A DNA stretch of 64,000 nucleotides, taken from the IMG/VR virus record IMGVR_UViG_3300024581_003792, positions 63,006-127,005 of that record, one strand, 5' to 3'. Made by a program: the position numbers and the translations under genes. Shown here one piece after another: positions 1-9,000 of the stretch. Every line of letters begins with the position of its first letter. Positions within the stretch are counted from its first letter, which is position 1. The stretch comes from a virus. The notes beneath the pieces are model-generated. The model worked only from the letters and a program-made list of their open reading frames with translations. It was not told where the DNA came from and did not search any database.

Positions 1-2
1 TT

Positions 3-3000
3 AATCAACTAGGGATACGATCTGTTGGTGATTTTTATCGAAAAACAGACTTCGGCCAGCAGGCGACTTTTGATAAGACTTTAACTACAATAAAAAATAT
101 TGGTTATCAACAGGAGGTTGATTTAGCAAAAGATGCCCTAGACAAAGTAAGAAGTTTAACTGAATCTAAAAAAGCAGCCGTTTCAAAAACAAGATTAAAG
201 GGAGACTTATTCGAAAAAGCCATTTCTATACTAGCAGGTCAACCTTTTAAAAAGGGTAAAGATGCGTTAGATTTCTCAAGGGCACAAGATAGACCTGTAT
301 TGATGGATCCTGAGATTCGAGAGCAGATCGATTTAGGTGAAGACGTCATATATGGTGATGCAGAATCAGGAAGTGGGCACAAACTACATTTAATGAGAGA
401 TAAGGTTATTCGTGAGCTGGAAGAAGGAGGGGAATTATATAGTCTAATTCAAGGAGAAGGCGACATTAATTTACCGGGAGAAACTTTTACAGATATTGTT
501 GCCAACGGATCCGACGCCAAGCCAAAAGACTCATCTAGTATAAAATTAGATGATTTATTAACAAGTAGTCGGACGTCAAGCGGCACAAAAAAAGCGATAG
601 AAAAATCTTTAACAAAAAAATACGAAGGCAAAATAACTCCTGCGCAAAGAAAAAAAGAATACCAAAGAAATGTCAAATTTGATTATTACGTTGACGATGT
701 TAACCTAGAGAATCTAAAAGTAGACAGAAGAACTAGATTAGGCAAAGAACTAGGTAATATAGATCGGCAGTTTTTAGCAGTAACATCTCAAACCAACAGC
801 GACGGCCTTGTTCCTAATTTTGCATCTTTCATGTCTCCTCTTAGATTTGATATAGGCGACGAAAAAAGTAACGGTAAATCTTATGTAGCAAGAACAGCTA
901 AATCAGGAAAATTGTTCCTGCTAGATAGGGGTTTAAATCCATTCAGAGAATATATGGAAAGTCAGGGCAAGCCAACCCCTGTTATGAGTCAAGGAAGAGT
1001 AGGCAAAAGAGACGGATACTGGGTTAATCAATATGAATCAGATATTCTAGAGTGGGCCAAGCAACCTAACCCTCAGATTTTAGAAAGAGATATAAACGAG
1101 AAAAAAGCAAGAGAAGAATCTTTAGAGCATTTTAGGCAAGATCTTAAGCATGGAACTTTTAAGCCTTTAGAAGCAGGCTATCCCTTGCAATTAGGTGGTG
1201 GCGAATTAGTTAGATATAGTCCAGAATCTGGATTCGGAAAAACCATCGTTGATAAGATGGGGCCGGAATACAAACATATTTCTGTTAATGCTAAGAAAAT
1301 ACAAGACTATGCTAGAGACAATAACATAACTAAAAAATTTAATTTCGGTCCCGCGCCCGATTACGCGAAAGCATTAAACACAATGCTTAGACTACCAAAA
1401 GCCGACATTGAAAAACTAGATTTTATAAGGCCAAGAGAAAAAAGTGAAAACGAAAAGAAAAAAGAACTAAGAGATTCTAGCCCCAAAAGTCCAATAAAAT
1501 GGGATGTAAAGCAGGACATGGTAACTAAAAAAAAGAGTTATGCAATCAAAGCTAGTGACGATACATTTTCTTATTTTAAAAAATTCTTAAAGACTAAGGG
1601 CGTACCACAAAGAAGCATTCAGAATATCGATAAAGCCCTTCAAGGTAAAAGCGAAAGGCTTGAAGAAATAAAAAGAACGGCTATTGAAAAAAGTCAATCA
1701 AGATCAGGTAACCAAATGTTTTACGACGCTGCAGTACAGTCAGATAATTTTCTAAAGTCATTTTCTATACCTACTAAAGATCTTTATATTAAAGATTTAT
1801 CTAATTTAATAAAAGAATTTAATTCTACTGTTTATAAAGAATTTAATAGCGGATTGATTGCTGATTATTCACCTGTAGAAATGAATAAAGGGTATGTGCC
1901 TAATTTTATTGGTTTTAATGTACCGAAGAAATCGCATCAATTAATTGAAACATTTAACCAAATAACTGAAAAGAATAAGCTTATACCTACTGTTAATTCT
2001 TTGATGGAGCAAGGCGTGGATCGAGAGACCGCAATTCAGCAAACAAAAGACGATCAATTTGGACAAAAAAAATCGATGTTTAAGATTTTAAACAAGATGA
2101 AGTCCGAAGGTGTTAAACAATTATTCTTTGGGCAGGGTGGCAAAATATTCCCACATCAATCTGCTGGAACTATACCATTTACAATCGATAAAATTAAGGA
2201 TATAATTAATGGTACCGGATATAAAACTAATTTAAAATCAGATGGATTTGTTCCTAACTATGCTGTTACCTTATCAGACGATAAATATTATAATGAGAAG
2301 AGCGTAAAGCACGGAATTAGTCAACTTTATAAAAAGAGTGGAGGGCGACAAAAATTGACCCCGCAAGATTTAGAGTTTGCGTCTGAAAGATACATTTCTG
2401 CAATAAAAGATAGTGGTAAGACTTATCCCGGCGGGAACTTTAATGTCGGTGGTAAAAAGTTCAATTTTAATGAGGTGAGTATGGCTCTAATGAAGCATGG
2501 TCAGTTTTATCAGCCCAAAGAAGGAGAAGCTGTTGATATGTCAGAAGGCTTTGCGGAAGGGCTCATTCCAAACTATGCAGCAAAAATAAGAAACGGCGCT
2601 ATTTATCACAGTAAGACTAATAATAAAGCTGTTAGAGTAAAGAGAGCAGATCAAGCAGAGCGTATTGCATACATTAAACATCACACTCAGGATCATATGT
2701 TTGATCCCGAAGTTCCGTTTTCTGATCTAACACCCGCGACAAAGAAACAAGTTCAGGAATATCTTGGTAGGTCACCAACCAAAGCTAAGGGTTTCGTTCC
2801 TAATTTCGCCGACACTACTCTTTATAGAGGTCAGGGTCGCCCAACTTTGGACACGCCTGACATACTGAGTAATCTTCCGAGTTTTAGTGGTGCTGAAACA
2901 CCAGAAGATATTGTCGGTATTATTCAAAATTTTGTTAAATCTCATGTTAGCGGCGAATTGTCAGGGCAAAGACATAACCCTAATTCCGCCAAGAGGGCAT

Positions 3001-6000
3001 CAGGAGCCGTTTCTTTTTCAACAAGTAAAACGATAGCTAGAGAATTTTCCGGGCTAGGTACGATCAGGAGAAAAGCCACCAATCCAGATGGCAAAGTCTT
3101 TGAGAAAGAAGTTCCCCAGAAGAATATATTTAGCAAGCAAAAATTACTTAAAATTTTGAGTAAAGGCGCCGACATCGAGAATAATGTTTATCCGAAAGTA
3201 CAAGAGTTTAAGCAAGCAATTTCCTCCGGAGCGATACAGAAATGGGCCCAAGAAAACGGTGGAATTTTCTTGAATGTTTCAGGTACATATAATGACCAAG
3301 AAGCTTACGGAAAAATGGGCAAGGTAGAATATGGAAGATTTGAGCATAAATTTTTAGGCAAAAGAATGCCTGCAATTGTTCCTCCAAAAGAAATTGGTTT
3401 CAATAAAAACAAAACATTTCAAATCAGCCCAAGAGAAGAGGAAGTGATGCAGGTATTTGGTGATGGCCTTGTACCCAACTTTGCAGACCCTCAAAAGATT
3501 CGAAATGGTGCAATATATCACAGTCAAACTAACAACAAAGCTGTTAGAGTTGTTCGAGCAAATCAAGCCGAAAGAATAGCGTATATAAAGCATCATACTC
3601 AGGATCACATGTTTGACCCCGAAGTTCCGTTTTCCGATCTAATTCCTGCATCTAAAAAACAGGTTCAAGAGTATCTTGGCAGGAAGTCCAAAAACAAAGC
3701 GAAAGGCTTGATTCCTAATTTTGCTAACCCTCTTCAGGATGCAGTTAATCGCGAGAGAGCTGCAGGCATACCTCAATCAAGAATAAGGATAGAAAAAAGC
3801 AGTCAATTGAAAAGCCCAAAGAATCCCATGGGTCTAGCTGTTACAAATACACGCGATGAACCAGCCGGATTACAGCAAGGAATTAGGCGCGCAAAAAGCA
3901 TGGGTATTGACCCAAAATCTCATGGAGCCTCAAAAGGATTAGTGCCAAATTTTGCCGGAAATAAAGGTCAAGCAAAACAAGAAGGCGGACTAATGCAGCT
4001 TTTTGTTTTTCAGTCCTTATTAAGTACGGCAAATGGATTTTTGCAAGAATTTGCTGAAAACGGAAGTCAGGCAGCTAAAATGTTTTCTGAGGCAGGTCAA
4101 GCCGCTTCCAGTATGGCTTCAGTCTTTTTAACTACAAAAGAAATAGGCAGCCAATTGACCGAAGGCATGGGGATTGATCCTGGCAAAACAATAAACCTGC
4201 GCGATTTATTCTCAGAATCAGGAAGAAGAAAAGCTAAAGCTGGTACAGGAAGGTTTACACAGGGTTTAAAGGCTGCCGCAAAAGATGGCTTTGGTCAGGC
4301 TGGGTCAAAAGGAATACTGCAAGGCGTTAAGGCTTTCTCTGGGGGAATAGCTTCAGCTGGCAAGATGTTGTTGAGATTTACCCCAATGATTGGTAGCCTT
4401 ATAAGTCTTGGAACGGCTGCCAATGAAATTTTTAAATTGTTCAATGATGGAAAAGGCATTATGTCTTTATTTGAAAGCGCTTCAGAAAAAGCGGCTAGAA
4501 ATTTAGAGAAATTATCGAAATCGACAGAAGCTCTTGAATCTGCTCTTGGTGCGTTGCAAAATAAAACAGAGGTTTCAACAAAAATTGAAGAACTCGAGTT
4601 ACTGGGTTCTATGCGTACCCAAAAACAAGAGACTGAATTGTTTCAATTAAAAATGAAAGAGCTCGACATTCAGTCAAAAGTTCAGAAGTCTATGTCTCAA
4701 TTATTTCAGGAAAATGTAACAGGAACAGTTATTGCATCTAAGCTCAGCAATCAATTCACTCAAAGCGGAATTACCGTAGACGAACAGACAGAGACCCTTA
4801 AAAAATTAATCTTGGTACAAAAACAAAGAATTGCGATTGAAGAGGGCACAAAAGCATTTGGGGATTTGATAGAAAAAAGATTTGATAAATTTACAAGTAG
4901 TTTTGATTTTAGCTCTATAACCGGACAAGACGCTGAATTTCTTAAGCAAGCTTCCTCTTTCAGGGGAGCTCAAGCAGGCATGGCTCTTGGTGGAGTGATG
5001 GCTGGATCTGAAGATTTAGACCCAAAAGAAAGACTACGGATACTGGAAGAAAATATAGGGGTCATAGGAAAACTTGACCTGAATAAAATAAGCAAAAGCT
5101 CAGCTGACGGTATCACGGATTTCTTATCGGAAAAACTAAAAGGAACGGAAGACTTTGGCGGTTCATTAATAGCTGCACATATAGGAGATATTCTTGATAC
5201 AATTGATGATGCTGAAGATAATATGGTTGGCTTTGAAAAAATAGAAGCAGCAGCTGCCAAGAATGCACTTGATGCTTTTATTAATCAACTTAAAAAACAA
5301 AAAGACTTGCTCGAAAAGGATGGTGTTGCCCAAACATTAGCTCAAAGCACTGCACAAGTCAAGGAAGAATATTTAAAGATTATTCGTAGCATTAAGGATG
5401 AAAGAAAGCAAAGGCTTCATAGGCAGGATCTCGAAAATAGCATCAGCGCCACACAAAGAAAAATAGCTGAATCTCAAATCTCTTTACTTGATGAACATCA
5501 GGCAATTTCCAAGTCTACTTTAATCAGAAAAGAATCCTCTAGGAAAATAGAAGAGATATCTGAGAAATTTTCAACAGATATTTTAAAAGCCAACAATGCA
5601 TCTCTTGGCGCTATGCAGTCAGTGTCAGAAGAGTTTATTAAGACCGACCAGCTCGCCCAGCAATTTAGAAAAGGCGCTGGCGTTACAATGGCAGATGCTG
5701 TTGAAAACCTTAAAAAGAGTGTTGGGCAGAATCTTACATCTTTAGATTTATCTGGTATAGAAAATGCAATCGGAGAAGCAATATCACCTGCTGACGCGCA
5801 ATCATTAAGAAATTCATTTGCTTCAGTATCTTCGAGGATTGCTCACCTGGATGATAATGGAAAAATAATTAATGAGTTCATGAGGGAGTATGGCTCGATC
5901 ACAGAAGGAACAGTTGCTGCCGCGTTTATGGCCGCATTGAACCAGAAAGAGATAATGCAGCTTACCCAAAAGCAAAAAAATCTATTGACTGATTCTATTA

Positions 6001-9000
6001 ATGATTTAAAAAGAGCAAATCAAATAGCAGAAACTCAAAGAAAAAATGCTCTTAGTATTTTAAAAGAAGACGAAACATTAAAATTAATCCGAGCAAAAAC
6101 TGTAGACGGTGCAAGAGCATTGAAAGATAAATTAAGCGGTATAAATATACCTGAACTATCAATTAAATCAAACCAAGGAGAAACAGCTACTCTCTCAGTA
6201 TTGAATGATGCTCGTCGCGGACAAGTAAAAGCACTAATGGATTCTAGAGCCCTGGATGACAAAGCTTATCAACTTCAAATTGAGAAAAATAGAACAGAAG
6301 CTGAATCTTCTGTGCTATCACTTAGGCAGTTGCAATCTCAAGAAGCAATTTTACGATCAACACAAACCCAAAGTGAAGATTATAAAAATATCATACGCAT
6401 TCAGCAGGCGAAATTTGAATCAGAACTAAGCAACTCTTATTTAACAAAACGAGAAACGGTTGCAAGAGAAGATTTTCTAAAGATAGATTCTAAAAGATAT
6501 AAACTTGTTAACGAGCAGCTGGAAACAGAAATGTCAAATGCTAGAACAACAGCTCGACTAAATCTTGAAAAATTAAAGTTAACATCAATCACAGAGACAC
6601 TAGAAGAAATTGCGGCGACACAAATTAAAGAAGAACTAACTAGCACCCAATCTTCCTCTCTGATAGCTTCCGAAAAAAGCCTACAGCTAATAAAGAACCA
6701 AGAAATTTCTGAACAATTATTTAGAGCCTCCCAGCTACAAGAAAAGAGCAACCAGCTTGATGAGCTAAGACTTGCAGCCCGAAAAGCAAGCATGAGCCAA
6801 CAAGAGTTTGATCAACAAGCAGACACTGAAGTTGCGATTGAACGAGCTAATGCTATTTCTGCCGCAAGATTAAATATTGCAAAATTAAAAAGGTTAAGCA
6901 TTCAAGAAGAATTAAATAAGCAAGTCCAGATTGAGCTTACTGAAGAAATAACTTCTGCTCAAAGGTCTGCACTGATAGCCTCGGAAAAAGCAATTATACT
7001 TTCCGAAATGGGAGAACAAGGCCGACTCCTTCGCCAAGCAAATGAATTACAAGAATCCGCCAACAAGCTGCAAACCTTAGAAAATTCAATAAGAAAAGCG
7101 GGTATGAGCGAAAAACAATTAAGGCTAAATACAGAAGTTGATGTAGCAACGCAAAGAGCTGACGCTATAGCCGGAACCAGGGGCGCCGCAATGCGAGCTC
7201 AAATAACAGGCAGTCCTGAAGATGCGTTAGCTTTCGCTCAATCACTAAAAGAAACAAATAAATCATTAGGTAATGGTACCAGAGCTTTTGATCAATTAAG
7301 AATCAAGATGGCCGAATTAAATGTTTCTGCCGCCGATCTTGGATCTGACTTGGTTGACATAGGTATCGACGGAGCAAGAACAGGGCTTAAGCAATTATTC
7401 AAAGATATTGGATCGGGTGCAAAAAGCGCAAAAGAAGCATGGAGTGATTTTAGTTTAGGACTAGCAGAACAACTTCTTGATAGAGTAATGGAAGATAATA
7501 TCGATAAGATCATAAAAGATCTAACATATGCTTTTACAGGAGAAGACGGAAGTTCTGATGCCGAAAAAATAGCAGGATCAAACAGCCATTTGATCAGTGC
7601 TATAGGCTCACTAGAAGGAGTATTTAAATCCCAGGGAACCCACACCAAAGACTTACAACAAGAATTGCAAAAAGGAATACGTCTTAATGCTCCAACTATG
7701 GATTCAAAACTTTTAGGAATGGCTGAATTCGATAAAAGCATAGCAAATTTAAAAACGCAGGTCGATGCACTCGCTGGAGTTGTAAGTTTAGATGTCTCTA
7801 ATAGAAAAAATGAATCAAGAGAACAAACTAAAGATAGTCAAGATTTGACTGATTTAAATCCAAATGGAACTACTTCAAAATTAATTGAAAATGAGACTCT
7901 GATGCAACAGCAAACAGCAAGAGGTCGAGGGAGAGCCGCCAATCAAGTATTAGCTGATTCTGGATATAATCCAGATGCCATCCATACTCTGCCATCGGGT
8001 ATTTCACATCATAGGAATCCGAAATTAAGAAAATTAGAACAAGCTCAAACTGAAAGCTTAAAAAATATTCGCCACTTTGAATCTAAAATTTCTGATTTAA
8101 ATATGACGCCTGAAAGAAGGGAAGCTTTCAATAAGCTTAATATACAACCCGACAAAAAAGCAGGAGCAAAAAGAGTAGACAAACAAAGGCAAAGTATAGC
8201 AGAAGGTATCGAGTTTACCTTCAGGGAAGGTATTGATCAAACAATACAATCAGACAAACAACATAATATAAGTAACATAGAAGAACTTCAAAAGAATTTT
8301 AAAATAGGAACGGACCCTAAGGCCCGTCCAAATTTGGCTACTCGCTCGATGGTTCCTGAGATGGGAGAGGTTAGTTACTTTAAAGGAGAAGGAGATCCAA
8401 AAGATCCTGGAAACTGGGGCGAGCTTAATATCCCCGAGTTCATGAAGATCAAAGAGCAATCAACTCTTGAAATTCAAAATTTTTTAGGAGTTACTGAAAA
8501 TTTAGCCAAAGTATATAAAGATGTAGCTATTAATGCTGATGCAGCAAAAGATAGCATGGCTAATAATGCAAAACAACATGATGAGTACTCTATTAAACTA
8601 AAAAACGAGCAACAAAATTATGAAAATATAACCTTAGCAATAAGCTCAACCAACCAGGAGCTTAGCTCTTTTTCTTCAGTTATCAGTAAGACAAAACAAA
8701 ATCTAGACACATTTAATAATAAACTAGCAACAAGTAAAAATACTCAACCACAACCAGTGATTGAAAACCCAAAAGCGGGATTAAACCAATCAGGTGGAAT
8801 AATACAAAAATTTGCAGAGGGAGGTTTTGTAAAAGGACCAGCTGGAATAGACAGAGTGCCAGCAATGCTAACAGCTGGAGAATATGTTATACCAAAGGAT
8901 AGAGTCAAAGAACTAGTCCGGGGCGGCGAATTACAATATTTCAATAACGGTACAAGCGGGGAAGGTGCACAACCTAAAAAAAGCAGACTACAGGCCGGAA

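Larger units (their letters stand above)
804..3956 (+). repeat. Eight in-frame G-[LFY]-[VI]-P-N-[FY]-[AI] peptide motifs
   Basis: Codon starts at 804, 1890, 2244, 2559, 2790, 3465, 3705 and 3936; a degenerate GLIADYS at 1851. Confidence 0.95.

Noticed and set aside
2583-3683. Duplicated module as a DGR template/variable repeat pair
   Set aside because: Differences are mostly synonymous and not adenine-specific, both copies are in one ORF, and no reverse transcriptase is in the window.
804-3956. PNFA repeats as a CRISPR array or intein boundaries
   Set aside because: Conservation is at peptide level with variable codons and long irregular spacing; no intein C/S...HN motifs are present.
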